Shown: positions 28,157-37,761 of the stretch, piece by piece
Position numbering within the stretch: the stretch's first letter is position 1
Layout of the letters: the number at the start of each line of letters is the position of its first letter
Source: a virus
Virus record (IMG/VR): IMGVR_UViG_3300032893_000027
Location: 1-64,000 of that record
DNA length: 64,000 nt
Reading direction: 5' to 3' (one strand)
Position numbers and translations under genes: made by a program
The notes under the pieces: model-generated
The model's database searches: none
What the model saw: the letters and a program-made list of their open reading frames with translations, nothing else
What the model was told of the DNA's origin: nothing

Positions 28157-29137
28157 TTAATACCCTATCACAACAACTTTAGAAGGCTGATTTTCCCAGA
28201 AAGGAGTTCCAGAGAAGAAAAGGGGGATATAGGTCGCGATAACAATGCCTTGCCTGCCAGAGCCAGCGCTTTGACCCGTTGGGGCGCCCCCACCGCCGCC
28301 ACCATAGAGGCCGCCGGATGCGCCGTTAGAAGTGCCAATTACCCCGCCGCCACCGCCACCACCCGCACCAGCCTTGGGGCCTGCCGTGGAAGTCCACTCC
28401 TGTCCGGGATTGCCAGCACCAGCCGAGCCGCCGCCAGCGCCGCCCGTTCCGGCATCACCGCTGCCACCCGAGCCGCCTGTCAGCGGACAAGCCACGCCTC
28501 CTGTGCCGGGGTTGCCGTTGCCATTCTTACCGGCCGCACCACCCCCGCCGCCGCCGCAGCCGTTGGACGCGGCACTGGAACCCGAGCCGCCGTTATGGGT
28601 TGTGGTACCAATCAGACCCGATGAACCAGTACCAGCCGCAACCGTGCCAGAAGTCGCAAACCATGTCGTGCCGCCAGCCGCAGCGATCTGGTAGGAGAAC
28701 GTCACACCGAGAACAATGTTGTTCTTGAGTGCGTAACCACCGCCCGAGCCACCCGCTCCGCCCGATACACAAGTCCCGACCGCGCCGTTTCCGCCGCCAC
28801 CGATGACTTCAACGGTGTTGTTGTTGTTGTCCCAGCCCGGAAGCGCGGTCGCCGTAGTACCTGACGTACCGCTTGTGAAGAAAACGACTGTAGAACACGG
28901 AATAAGATCCCTTAAATGCCAATGACCATCATCCTTGGTTCGAACTTCCACATAGCTTTGCAGCATGTGATGCCCGAATGAAACCGATGACTTAACATGC
29001 CATAAAGAGAGAACAACGGCGCCAACTGCCACCGTCGAGATAAGTGTTCTCTTAAGACGCTTGCGCTTTCCAAGCCGGAAAGGATCGGATTGTTTTTTAA
29101 CCCTGATTCCGTATCTCTTAAAGAACCAGTCAGACAT
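28157..29137 (-). CDS. Glycine-rich fiber-like protein
   Basis: VEVIGGGGNG, GGGGGG runs, GRQGIVIATY. Confidence 0.7.
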   Translation of the reverse strand: MSDWFFKRYGIRVKKQSDPFRLGKRKRLKRTLISTVAVGAVVLSLWHVKSSVSFGHHMLQSYVEVRTKDDGHWHLRDLIPCSTVVFFTSGTSGTTATALPGWDNNNNTVEVIGGGGNGAVGTCVSGGAGGSGGGYALKNNIVLGVTFSYQIAAAGGTTWFATSGTVAAGTGSSGLIGTTTHNGGSGSSAASNGCGGGGGGAAGKNGNGNPGTGGVACPLTGGSGGSGDAGTGGAGGGSAGAGNPGQEWTSTAGPKAGAGGGGGGGVIGTSNGASGGLYGGGGGGAPTGQSAGSGRQGIVIATYIPLFFSGTPFWENQPSKVVVIGY

Positions 29138-29141
29138 GTGA

Positions 29142-29423
29142 CTACTTCTCTAAGATATTAAATATAGTCGCTCCATCAGTGATAGACTCAAATCCATGAG
29201 GCTCTCCGGGAATCCATTTAATGATCGTTCCTCCGGGGATGGCTTCTATAATAGTGCCTTCATATTTTCCCAAAAGTTTAATCTTTCCATGCATCAGGAC
29301 CGTAATGTGATTATCATGTTCTGTGTGGGTATGAATTGGAAATACATCACCAACCTTTTCAAAGGTGTAGACGGCCCCCCACATAGAATCATTTACCATA
29401 ATTGATCTTACATTTACGGTCAT
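29142..29423 (-). CDS. Cupin-domain protein
   Basis: PIHTH..HITVLMHG..PHGF. Confidence 0.7.
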   Translation of the reverse strand: MTVNVRSIMVNDSMWGAVYTFEKVGDVFPIHTHTEHDNHITVLMHGKIKLLGKYEGTIIEAIPGGTIIKWIPGEPHGFESITDGATIFNILEK

Positions 29424-29698
29424 AGCATAACCGGCCCTGCGGAAGATGCGCTAGTCGTTGCCGGTGATATACCGATGCCTGTAGATCGCGGCACAATCGG
29501 CAAGATAATATCATCCGCCGCTCCGTCATAAGGCATATTTAAATTAACAAAAATAGCCTGAGAGGATGGGATTTGAAGCAGCTTATATCCCGCCGGAATA
29601 GGGCAGGATAAGCTGTCAACCATTATTAAGTTTTCAACAAATCCGGAACTGATTGCGGTTGCTGAATTGAGTTTGATAAGAGCCGCCGCGAAGGCCAT
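29420..29698 (-). CDS. Hypothetical protein
   Basis: Coupled ORF. Confidence 0.5.
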   Translation of the reverse strand: MAFAAALIKLNSATAISSGFVENLIMVDSLSCPIPAGYKLLQIPSSQAIFVNLNMPYDGAADDIILPIVPRSTGIGISPATTSASSAGPVML

Positions 29699-29700
29699 AT

Positions 29701-29970
29701 CTAGATCCCATAAGAACGCAGCGCCCTATCTCGTGCCTCCCAGCGTTCCAACTTCTTCTCGAATGGAACACATGGCCCATTGCAGCAAGGACCGCAAATA
29801 TCCTTATCGCAGAGAGTGCAATGCCCCCCGAGATCTTCCGGAGAGCATTTGGGGAAAATGTGAACTACGCTATTGCAATGACTGCAAGTGAAGGTACGGA
29901 CCTCAAGGCGAGTTCCGTACTCATCAAAGGAATAGGCGTATCCACCATCTCGGAGATACTTGCCAAACAC
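29701..29970 (-). CDS. Cys-rich Zn-finger protein
   Basis: CSHC..CTLC..ICGPC..C. Confidence 0.65.
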   Translation of the reverse strand: MFGKYLRDGGYAYSFDEYGTRLEVRTFTCSHCNSVVHIFPKCSPEDLGGHCTLCDKDICGPCCNGPCVPFEKKLERWEARDRALRSYGI

Positions 29971-29972
29971 GA

Positions 29973-30515
29973 TTACTGCTCTTGGAAAAGAACCGTCATC
30001 GTGGCGGTACCGGTATAAGAACCAGACCGGACCTGACAGAGCAATGCGCCACCGGCCGAAGCCGAAGAAACTGCCGGATAGACAATCTCAGAGCCCGGTG
30101 CCGCCACCCAGCGATACGAAGCACGCTGGTTGACACCAACATACCAAGGCTGCTGTTGCTGAGTCGCAAACAGTGCCGAGGAGGTTGCCGAGGCGTTGAC
30201 TGTGACAAAGGCTGAGAAGCCTGCGTCAGCGCCGTCTAAAGCAAACAAGCTAGAGCCAGAAGAGATTGAACCAACCCAAGCAGGGGAGGAGTTGGCGGTT
30301 GCACGTTGCACAGCCCACTCAACGAAGTTGTCCGCTGGAGTACCGTTGGTGCCGACCAGAAGGTCGTAAACCTTGCCGCGCCGAAGACCAGTATAGGTCG
30401 GGGCGTTGACAAAGGAACCAGTGCTCGCCGCGATAACGACAAGCGGAGTATAAGTCGTCGCCACCGCATTTTGAGTCGCGATGTTAGTGGAATTTACAAC
30501 ACCGTAGTTTGCCAC
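29973..30515 (-). CDS. Ser/Thr/Ala-rich virion protein
   Basis: NQRASYRWVAAPGSE; position in the structural operon. Confidence 0.65.
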   Translation of the reverse strand: MANYGVVNSTNIATQNAVATTYTPLVVIAASTGSFVNAPTYTGLRRGKVYDLLVGTNGTPADNFVEWAVQRATANSSPAWVGSISSGSSLFALDGADAGFSAFVTVNASATSSALFATQQQQPWYVGVNQRASYRWVAAPGSEIVYPAVSSASAGGALLCQVRSGSYTGTATMTVLFQEQ

Positions 30516-30527
30516 CTGTTAGCCCCC

Positions 30528-31406
30528 TTAAGGAATGCTATTGTTTTGGACCCCGCCAAAGATTGCCTCAAAGTAGTCGAGGTCCTCTAGCGCCCCTTCG
30601 AGATAGGTCTTCTGAGTCTGAGCACTATTCAACTGATGCGTCAGGTCATTAACCCTCTGTTTGAGTTCGACCTTGCGAGATAGGATCTTACGCCCGAATT
30701 GCGTAACTTCCGAAAACCCGTAAAGCCCCGGTGGCTGCATAATATCCGACTCATAGGGAGCCATCATCTTTATGCCCCTGCGCTTAGCCTCCATGAAGAA
30801 GAAATAAGCGCCCGGTCGTTGGAGAATATACTCGTCTCGGGAAGCCATGTCTATCCCGAAAAGAGCGATCTCCTTCGCCCCCTTCATCATAGCAAATGCC
30901 ATCATCCAAGCAAAGGATGAAGTGAAGAAGTAGGGACCGAATTCTGCCACCAATTCCTTATAAGGTAAAGGGGTGGCATTAGGAACAAGTGACTGATCCT
31001 GCATGTAAATCGGGAAGGTTTGTTGCCTCAGCCACTGGATATAGGGCTCCCCATAATGCCGGTTCTCGGGCCATAGCAGGTTGCCATGGATCTCAAACCA
31101 TGCATCAGCCCGAGGAATTACCCCCATATTACCGGGGGAGCAGGACCAGATGGTCCAGCTAGGGTCATTGTAGGGGGCCAACATACGAGAGGATGGGGCC
31201 GTCCCGATACAGGCCACCTTGAGATAGGGGGCCGGTTCGGCTGGGGACTCTGGCTTAATTTCCTCGGCCACCTTCTGCTGGATATAGTCCGGCTTCCAGC
31301 CCCCCTCACCGAGGGGTTCATGTTCTGCGACAACATGGAGTGGGGCGTCGATAGCGATCTTTCCTTCTTTGGCGGTGTCATTAAAAGTCTTGGTAAGCTT
31401 AGGCAT
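30528..31406 (-). CDS. Putative sialyltransferase-fold (GT42/Maf-like) glycosyltransferase
   Basis: KVACIGTAPSS and TSSFAWMMAFAMMKGAKEIALFGIDM parallel the CstII motifs IIAGNGPS and TSGVYM..AIALGYKEIYLSGIDF. Confidence 0.6.
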   Translation of the reverse strand: MPKLTKTFNDTAKEGKIAIDAPLHVVAEHEPLGEGGWKPDYIQQKVAEEIKPESPAEPAPYLKVACIGTAPSSRMLAPYNDPSWTIWSCSPGNMGVIPRADAWFEIHGNLLWPENRHYGEPYIQWLRQQTFPIYMQDQSLVPNATPLPYKELVAEFGPYFFTSSFAWMMAFAMMKGAKEIALFGIDMASRDEYILQRPGAYFFFMEAKRRGIKMMAPYESDIMQPPGLYGFSEVTQFGRKILSRKVELKQRVNDLTHQLNSAQTQKTYLEGALEDLDYFEAIFGGVQNNSIP

Positions 31407-31792
31407 TACGATCCTGTTATTTGGGCGGTCAGCAATTGTACGGCCTGACCCGTTTGAATCAGGGTATTGTTGAGACCGTTTGAAATGGTGATATCTGCCC
31501 CTGACAACGGAATGCCGACAGTCAAGCCAGATACGACAATATTGCCACTAAAGTCCTCTATGACTGCGGTGGTTACGGTGCCAGTCCCGGCGGCTGCCGA
31601 GTCTGTCAATGGAGTATTAAAGGTTAATACACCTCCAGATGCTGATCCAGAGGGGGTCTGTAAAGTAATTGTGGATACTGGGGTACCACCGGCCAAAAGA
31701 ATAAGTTTTCCGGCGCCGCCACCTCCGTCAATGGTGGAAACGACCCCTTGGAGGCGGGCATTTATACAAGTTGTAGAATATACGGGGGGCAT
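31406..31792 (-). CDS. Virion structural protein
   Basis: GSASGGVLTF..DSAAAGTGT phage structural-type motif. Confidence 0.65.
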   Translation of the reverse strand: MPPVYSTTCINARLQGVVSTIDGGGGAGKLILLAGGTPVSTITLQTPSGSASGGVLTFNTPLTDSAAAGTGTVTTAVIEDFSGNIVVSGLTVGIPLSGADITISNGLNNTLIQTGQAVQLLTAQITGS

Positions 31793-34329
31793 TAGGAGGT
31801 CAGCCTTCCGATTTCAAAGATGGATACAATAGCCTTTGCCGCCGGAACCGTCGTAACCGGGACGACAGACGGCGTTATATTAATAGCAAATATAGCTCTG
31901 TCTGTATCAATCTCAGTCGTTGCCATTCTAGCAACCACGGTTTGTAGGGCAATGGTCCCCGGATAGAAGGCCGCAACCGATTGTAGCTCCGTCCTGATCC
32001 CACGACGGTAGGTCGGACCAGACAAGCCTTGGAACCAAGCCAGCGGGGGCGAGACGTTGATCTGCTGGAGGAAGGCTAGATTAGGCTGTGCTGCGGCTTG
32101 CAGACTGATCTTGGCCCTTGGGACCTCAGCGAAGGGCTCAAACCATGATAGTGACGGGGCCGCAGGCTGGACAGGAACAAACCCAACACTGGCCTGCTCA
32201 GCCGCTAATAGACCCGGCTTGGGTTTTGGAACTTCCGCAAACGGTTCAAACCATGAATCTGGATTCGGAACATAGACGGCTGGGTCAAGGGCAAGGAACT
32301 GTTGACCACCTGCCTGAAGACCGAGCTTAGCCTTGGGGACTTCGGCATAAGACTGCCACCAGCCGTCCAGCTTAGCTGGGAATACGGCAGGATCGAAGGC
32401 AAGGAACTGCTGGCTGGCGGCCTGAAGCGCCAGCTTGGCCTTCGGCACCTCAGCAAACGGTTGATACCAGCCAATGGTATCGGTTGCCCGATCCCTAACC
32501 CAAGCCAGATTGGACTGATCTTCGACCCGCAGACCAAGTTTGGTCCGAACCGGTTCCGACCAAGCCTGATGCCATCTGTCCTCAGTAACCGTCTCCGGGA
32601 ACTGTTGCGACTCGGACTGGGCAATAAACTGCTGGTACTGAGGTCCAAGACCCGGCTTCTGCCTGACCGGATCAGTCCACGCATAGTGCCATTTATCCTC
32701 GAAGATGTTCTCTCCGGTAAATGGCTGGGGATCAAAGAACGGTTCGGGCTGCTGGCAGGCCGCCAGATTGCGGGTTCTGACCGGTTCAGACCATGCCTGA
32801 TGCCATTTATCTTCCGATACGATCTCAGGGAATTGCTGAGATTCTGATTGTGCAATGAACTGCTGAGATGCTCCATCCCAACGGCGCCGCGTTGGGTCAA
32901 GCCAAGCAATGAACCAACTGTCAGCGTTTACCTGAGTGGTTACGACTGGCGTGAAAGCCGTGGTTGATTGCAGCGCAACATTGGTCAGACGGCGCGTAGG
33001 TTCAGATAGCGGCTGAAACCAACGGAACTCTCTTGCCGTCTCTAGCGGTGAATATGGTTCTGGTTGAGCTAGTTGAGGCCCAAGACCGGGCTTGACCCTA
33101 ACTGGATCAGACCACGGTTCGTGCCAGCGGTCCTCGGTAACAGTTTCTGGGAACTGTTGCGACTCCGAGAAGAACTCATACTGAGTGGCATAGTTAAAAT
33201 TCTTTGTTCGATAGGGGTCAACCCAAGAGACAAACCAGCTATCTGCAAAGATATTGGCGGTGGTAACGACTGGGGTGAATGCTGTCGTGGATTGTAGAGC
33301 GGCATTAATAAACCGCCGAACAGGGTCCACCCACGGTTGGAACCAACGGTATTCTCGTGCAGTCTCAAACGGCGTGTAGGGTTCAGGCTGAGCCCACGGC
33401 GGACCTATGCCAACCCTGCGGGTTGGATCAAGCCATTGTCGCCACCAGCTATCCAGCTTGGCTGGGATCGGCGGGGAGCCAAAAGCAGTAAATGGCCCTT
33501 GCTTGGCCCCTATATCTGGCTTGGTTCTGACTGGCTCAGAGAGAGGTTGATACCAGCGATACTCCCTTGCCGTTTCTTGGATCGGATCAGTCTTGGCCTG
33601 ATACTGGATGGTCTGATTGACCAGCAGCGCCGTATCTACGCTATACTCAATAGCGGAACTGGCAGCACCGCCCGATGGGGAAATCTCGATGCCAAGAGAT
33701 ACAACCGTATCCGCAACGGCTAAGTTCCAAGTAAAGGTATAGGGAGACGATACTGGGTTTTGTGCATACTGACCGTCAGTGGTGATCTGTGTGCCTTCGG
33801 CCTGTCTGTACCAAAGGGTATCACTACGCGAATTAAGCACCGTAGTCCCGGATTCGCACATCACACCGAGGGCATAATTGGTGCCGGGATTGCTTAGCGT
33901 AATGGCAACTGTGGCCGTACTCGTACCAGCCCCGCCTGCGGTCTGATCATTTGAGTTAAAATTGGTAAATGCAGCAGCATCCGACGTCTGGTTGACGCCG
34001 GTAAATGAGATAGCATTGACGGTATAGCGGGAGGCCGTTGTCCAGCTTACGCTAAGAGTTTTGTTGCCGGGAGTTGGGGCACGTAGACCAAATAATAGTA
34101 GATCACCGGCAAAGGCGTTGGTAATACGCCCCAACTGGGTCATCGTCTGGTTGGTACCTCCACTATCCCAGACCACACTAAAGCCAGTGGAGGATGTGCC
34201 GTTGAGGTTAACGGCAACGATCAGCGCGGCATTGGCACCCGATCCAACCGTGATTCCGGAATAGGTAAAGCTCGAAACCGAAACGGTTCCTGAGGCCGCT
34301 GCGCCTACTGCGTCTAAGACAACTGCCAT
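31792..34329 (-). CDS. 845-aa protein: beta-rich N-domain plus a long Trp-Pro repeat region
   Basis: Many ~35-40 aa repeats (EDRWHQAWSEPVR / REYRWFQPLSEP / WFEPFAEVPK). Confidence 0.8.
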   Translation of the reverse strand: MAVVLDAVGAAASGTVSVSSFTYSGITVGSGANAALIVAVNLNGTSSTGFSVVWDSGGTNQTMTQLGRITNAFAGDLLLFGLRAPTPGNKTLSVSWTTASRYTVNAISFTGVNQTSDAAAFTNFNSNDQTAGGAGTSTATVAITLSNPGTNYALGVMCESGTTVLNSRSDTLWYRQAEGTQITTDGQYAQNPVSSPYTFTWNLAVADTVVSLGIEISPSGGAASSAIEYSVDTALLVNQTIQYQAKTDPIQETAREYRWYQPLSEPVRTKPDIGAKQGPFTAFGSPPIPAKLDSWWRQWLDPTRRVGIGPPWAQPEPYTPFETAREYRWFQPWVDPVRRFINAALQSTTAFTPVVTTANIFADSWFVSWVDPYRTKNFNYATQYEFFSESQQFPETVTEDRWHEPWSDPVRVKPGLGPQLAQPEPYSPLETAREFRWFQPLSEPTRRLTNVALQSTTAFTPVVTTQVNADSWFIAWLDPTRRRWDGASQQFIAQSESQQFPEIVSEDKWHQAWSEPVRTRNLAACQQPEPFFDPQPFTGENIFEDKWHYAWTDPVRQKPGLGPQYQQFIAQSESQQFPETVTEDRWHQAWSEPVRTKLGLRVEDQSNLAWVRDRATDTIGWYQPFAEVPKAKLALQAASQQFLAFDPAVFPAKLDGWWQSYAEVPKAKLGLQAGGQQFLALDPAVYVPNPDSWFEPFAEVPKPKPGLLAAEQASVGFVPVQPAAPSLSWFEPFAEVPRAKISLQAAAQPNLAFLQQINVSPPLAWFQGLSGPTYRRGIRTELQSVAAFYPGTIALQTVVARMATTEIDTDRAIFAINITPSVVPVTTVPAAKAIVSIFEIGRLTS

Positions 34330-34330
34330 C

Positions 34331-34582
34331 CTAATACCCCACTATATTTCGCTTGAAATACAGTCCAAGGGTATGGACAGGAACAACGACAGCGGTAGAG
34401 GCTATCGTGGTGATTGGCGTTGGGTAATAGGCTATGAACTGCTGCAATGCAGCATTAAGAAAGAACTTCTTAATGTTAGGTTCAGACCACGGCTCATGCC
34501 AGCGGTCTTCGGTAACGGTTTCCGGAAACTGACTTGAAGTTAATACCGGTTCGACTTTACCGGGATATAATGTCCTAGTCAT
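34331..34582 (-). CDS. Single Trp-Pro repeat protein
   Basis: SQFPETVTEDRWHEPWSEP. Confidence 0.65.
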   Translation of the reverse strand: MTRTLYPGKVEPVLTSSQFPETVTEDRWHEPWSEPNIKKFFLNAALQQFIAYYPTPITTIASTAVVVPVHTLGLYFKRNIVGY

Positions 34583-35447
34583 GGCGGATCATTTCCCGTA
34601 CCGAATGGGAACTCGGCATTCGGAAATGACTGTCGTCCATGGTTAACCATGTAAATGGCGATGCGGATACGCCAACTAGTGATGCAAAAATGTCATCCTC
34701 TGGATACCAGAGAAGGCAGTACGGATCGTTATGAAGCTGAAGAGCTTCATCTGCGAGTAGCAATCTTTGCCAAATGCCGCCATAAAACGGCATCGCCTGA
34801 GAAGAGGAGGCTTGGAAAGCATCATTCAACATCCAAATTTGATCGCCAACCGCAGCCGTGCCCATACTCGGGGCCGCGCTTGTTGTCAAAAGCCTACCGC
34901 CGTCATGCCAGATATTGACGGCAGATGCATTGGTGACGTTGGCAAATGCAATGCTGTGAAACTTACCAGCCGTCGGCGTAGCGGTTCCAAAAGCCGTGGT
35001 ACTGCTGCCAGTAACACCAAGTGTCGTGGTGCTGCTTCCAGGATATTGAAAACACCAACGTCGTGTCCCGCCGCTTGTTAAAATTCCAAAAAAAGGAGTA
35101 TTTCCTTCTGCGCAAGTACCTTTTAAAAAATAACCAACAGAGCAAGACAAAAGACCGCTTGGTGCAAAAGTAAGGTCTTTGTCTACGGTGTACTTTTGGT
35201 TAAGCGTACCAGTAGTAGTTGTTCCACCAAGTGCTTTGCCAAACGGACTATTTAATACGCTTGGTTTGGTTGAATTCCCGACAAACGACTTTTTGCCCTT
35301 AACAAGGTCTACGCCGCATGATCCATCACCCGGATCATAATGATAAAACTTAAGGTTAGCCGAAAGAGGATGTAGCCAATTAATGCTTGGAATGCTATTA
35401 AAGGGCTTTGCTTGCTTATTGGCCCGCCACGGAACGGAAAGCTGCAC
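34575..35447 (-). CDS. ConA/LamG-like lectin-fold virion protein
   Basis: INWLHPLS N-terminus; FHSIAF, IWHDG, IWQRLL..EALQLHNDPY. Confidence 0.6.
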   Translation of the reverse strand: MQLSVPWRANKQAKPFNSIPSINWLHPLSANLKFYHYDPGDGSCGVDLVKGKKSFVGNSTKPSVLNSPFGKALGGTTTTGTLNQKYTVDKDLTFAPSGLLSCSVGYFLKGTCAEGNTPFFGILTSGGTRRWCFQYPGSSTTTLGVTGSSTTAFGTATPTAGKFHSIAFANVTNASAVNIWHDGGRLLTTSAAPSMGTAAVGDQIWMLNDAFQASSSQAMPFYGGIWQRLLLADEALQLHNDPYCLLWYPEDDIFASLVGVSASPFTWLTMDDSHFRMPSSHSVREMIRHD

Positions 35448-35459
35448 ATGAGCCTCCCG

Positions 35460-35948
35460 TTAGTATTGGACCGCGACGGGTCCTAGTTTGATAGAGGTGT
35501 AGGCCGTGCCAGACGATGGGAAGGCGGTCCCGGCATTGTTCTGTACTTCAATCTGAACCGGAGACCAAGGCATCTTAACAAGACCGTTGCCATAGACCAC
35601 GTTGCCATTGGCATAAGCTATTGTGGATAGCGGTATGGTAAAGTCAGGCGAACGAGCCGGAGGAGTGGCCGAGGAGGGGGTTGTCTCAAAGGTAGTGCCG
35701 CCGTCAGGACTCCTCAGGAACCAACCAGCAATATAACCACCGGCTACGGGAGTAATAGACCCCCCCCATATCACGGCAACTTCACCCCAGATAGCCTGAC
35801 CGAAACTTCCCGATGAGGTGAAAGTCGTAGTGCCTTTGGCAGTCAAGCTGCTACCGAGACTGACGATCTCGGTGGACATAAGGGTGGTAACCGCAGAGAA
35901 ATAGCCTGCCGTAGAACCGCCTGTGGCTTCTAAGAAATTGGTTGCCAT
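35460..35948 (-). CDS. Ser/Thr-rich virion protein
   Basis: WFLRSPDGGTTFE; structural operon. Confidence 0.65.
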   Translation of the reverse strand: MATNFLEATGGSTAGYFSAVTTLMSTEIVSLGSSLTAKGTTTFTSSGSFGQAIWGEVAVIWGGSITPVAGGYIAGWFLRSPDGGTTFETTPSSATPPARSPDFTIPLSTIAYANGNVVYGNGLVKMPWSPVQIEVQNNAGTAFPSSGTAYTSIKLGPVAVQY

Positions 35949-35957
35949 GCGGCGATC

Positions 35958-36134
35958 CTACTTTGTAACGGTCAGCGCATCAATATATACCTGAACCAGT
36001 TTACCATTGGATGAGACAATAGCATAGGTTCGTCCGGCCGCTTGGCCATTTGGCAACGGCACGGCAACAGGAACGAATCCAACCACCGTCCCCGTTTGTG
36101 TTGATTTACCGTTGAACCAAGAGACGTTTACCAT
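35958..36134 (-). CDS. 58-aa hypothetical protein (not in the ORF track)
   Basis: MVNVSWFNGKSTQTGTVVGFVPV...LTVTK fills the gap exactly. Confidence 0.55.
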   Translation of the reverse strand: MVNVSWFNGKSTQTGTVVGFVPVAVPLPNGQAAGRTYAIVSSNGKLVQVYIDALTVTK

Positions 36135-36463
36135 GACCTTGAGATTGCAATACCGGTAAAGGTAGAGGTCACTTGGCTGTCAATATTGGCATCCGTACAC
36201 TGGCCACCGGGGAAGGTGGGGTCTGCCAAACAGGCCAGTCTATTGATGGAACTAGCCAGAATCACCTGAGCTAGCATCTGACCGGGTACCGTCCCATTGA
36301 ACAAGGCTCCCGCTAAAGCCAGCCTCTGGGTATGGCTCGTGACCGAGCTTGACTCATTAGAGACAGCGATGGCAGCAACACGGTACCTCAGGTAACAGCG
36401 TTGCTGAAACTGATCGCTTTCATAAGCCTGCCGAAGGATTTCATTGTCTGAGGTATCACTCAC
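36128..36463 (-). CDS. Hypothetical virion-associated protein
   Basis: FQQRC..AAIAVSNE..H..RLALA..TDANIDSQV. Confidence 0.65.
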   Translation of the reverse strand: MSDTSDNEILRQAYESDQFQQRCYLRYRVAAIAVSNESSSVTSHTQRLALAGALFNGTVPGQMLAQVILASSINRLACLADPTFPGGQCTDANIDSQVTSTFTGIAISRSW

Positions 36464-36862
36464 TTACCAGCCCTCACCTTGGATGACTTTCATTACAAGA
36501 GGACCAGCCGTAAGAGCCGTGCTATTGAGCCTCACGGCAGCAATAGGACTGAGCAGACTGACAGTCAAACCTGCGGCTGGGTCAAGATTGCTGGAGGCAA
36601 AGAGCGAACCTGAACTGGTGTTAACGCTGGTATCAGCCCAAGCACTGCTGAGGTTCTGCCAATAGGCCAGTGAAGTCCCGCCGACAAGGTTCACATCGTC
36701 CAGAGTATACTGGATATTATAAAAGATAGACGAACCAGAGTTCGTAGCCGTCACAACCACGGTCGTCGGACTTCCGCCGCGCCAATCCAAGGCACAGACA
36801 GTAGAGGCCCCCGGTGTTGAGGAGTTGGCCGTACAGGAAAGGCTGGTCGTAAAATATGTCAT
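36464..36862 (-). CDS. Ser/Thr-rich jelly-roll-like capsid accessory protein
   Basis: YNIQYTLDD..PIAAVRLN; paralog of 37423-37758. Confidence 0.65.
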   Translation of the reverse strand: MTYFTTSLSCTANSSTPGASTVCALDWRGGSPTTVVVTATNSGSSIFYNIQYTLDDVNLVGGTSLAYWQNLSSAWADTSVNTSSGSLFASSNLDPAAGLTVSLLSPIAAVRLNSTALTAGPLVMKVIQGEGW

Positions 36863-36871
36863 TAGTACAGC

Positions 36872-37078
36872 CTACTTCGGACGGAACTTGGCGAACGTCA
36901 GGGCTAGACGTGCCCTCCGGCCGACAGTGCCGGAGGAGTTCTTGTGCTTCTCAGCGAAGGCATGGGTGGACATTCCAGCCCGGTGGGCAGCTTGCCGCAA
37001 AGCGCCCTTGTGCTTCACGGCGTGCTGCATCCAGTGACCGACCCCACCGCCGGATGAGTAACCGTCAGGGCCGGTTAT
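36872..37078 (-). CDS. Small basic protein, probably the -1 frameshift extension of 37075-37410
   Basis: ITGPDGYSSGGGVGHWMQHAVKHKGALRQAAHR...RRARLALTFAKFRPK*; first ATG at 37030. Confidence 0.65.
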   Translation of the reverse strand: MTGPDGYSSGGGVGHWMQHAVKHKGALRQAAHRAGMSTHAFAEKHKNSSGTVGRRARLALTFAKFRPK

Positions 37079-37410
37079 TTTGGGCTGCCAGTCCCGTGAA
37101 CACCCTTGGGCAGATGTGCCTTGGGACCCTCAGCCGGGTTGCCGCCATTGCCAGTATGGGCCGCAGACCAAGGAGAGCCCTTCATATCGGCGCCTTCATG
37201 GATCTTGCTGGCCTTCACCGAGCCACCACGAGCCTTCTTGTCGAGGCGATGCTTGCCCTTCTTGCCAGAAGCCTTGCCCCCACGCTTCATCTCGTGGGCT
37301 TCCTTCATGACCTTGGAGCCCTGTGCGTTATACTCTGGCTTGTCAGAGTCACGCTTCGGAGTAACGCCGCCGCCCTTGGCGTGCTTCTGGACGTTATGAC
37401 GATGAGCCAT
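37075..37410 (-). CDS. Small basic His/Lys-rich protein with xAxGG motifs
   Basis: HAKGGGV, MKRGGKA, KARGGSV; GAGG RBS. Confidence 0.7.
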   Translation of the reverse strand: MAHRHNVQKHAKGGGVTPKRDSDKPEYNAQGSKVMKEAHEMKRGGKASGKKGKHRLDKKARGGSVKASKIHEGADMKGSPWSAAHTGNGGNPAEGPKAHLPKGVHGTGSPK

Positions 37411-37422
37411 TTAGTTAACCTC

Positions 37423-37758
37423 TTAGTTCGAGATCGACTGAAGCGCCTTCAACGTGAAGGTGTTCGCCGTGTTGTTGGCCGTCGAGTTGATACGAACCTG
37501 AGCAACCGGCGACAGGACCGTATAGACAAGACCGTTCGAGATGTTGGACGACAACATCGCAGCACCAGAACTCAGAAGCGCCCAAGTCGCCGTTGGACCA
37601 CCCAGAATCGTCGGGTCGTCCAGCGACACATCCAATTGGACCGCTCCTGTCGAACCAGCCGTACCCACCGTCAGAACAACCGTGGTGGATTTGGCCAGAG
37701 GGTTCAGCACGAGAGCGGCAGTACCGGCCGAAGATGCAAGCGTAGTATATTGTGCCAT
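37423..37758 (-). CDS. Ser/Thr-rich capsid accessory protein
   Basis: VQLDVSLDD..PVAQVRIN; GGAGG RBS. Confidence 0.65.
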   Translation of the reverse strand: MAQYTTLASSAGTAALVLNPLAKSTTVVLTVGTAGSTGAVQLDVSLDDPTILGGPTATWALLSSGAAMLSSNISNGLVYTVLSPVAQVRINSTANNTANTFTLKALQSISN

Positions 37759-37761
37759 TGG

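Noticed and set aside
31792-34582. Diversity-generating retroelement (TR/VR) in the Trp-Pro repeats
   Set aside because: There is no reverse transcriptase in the window, and the differences checked are mostly synonymous rather than adenine-specific.
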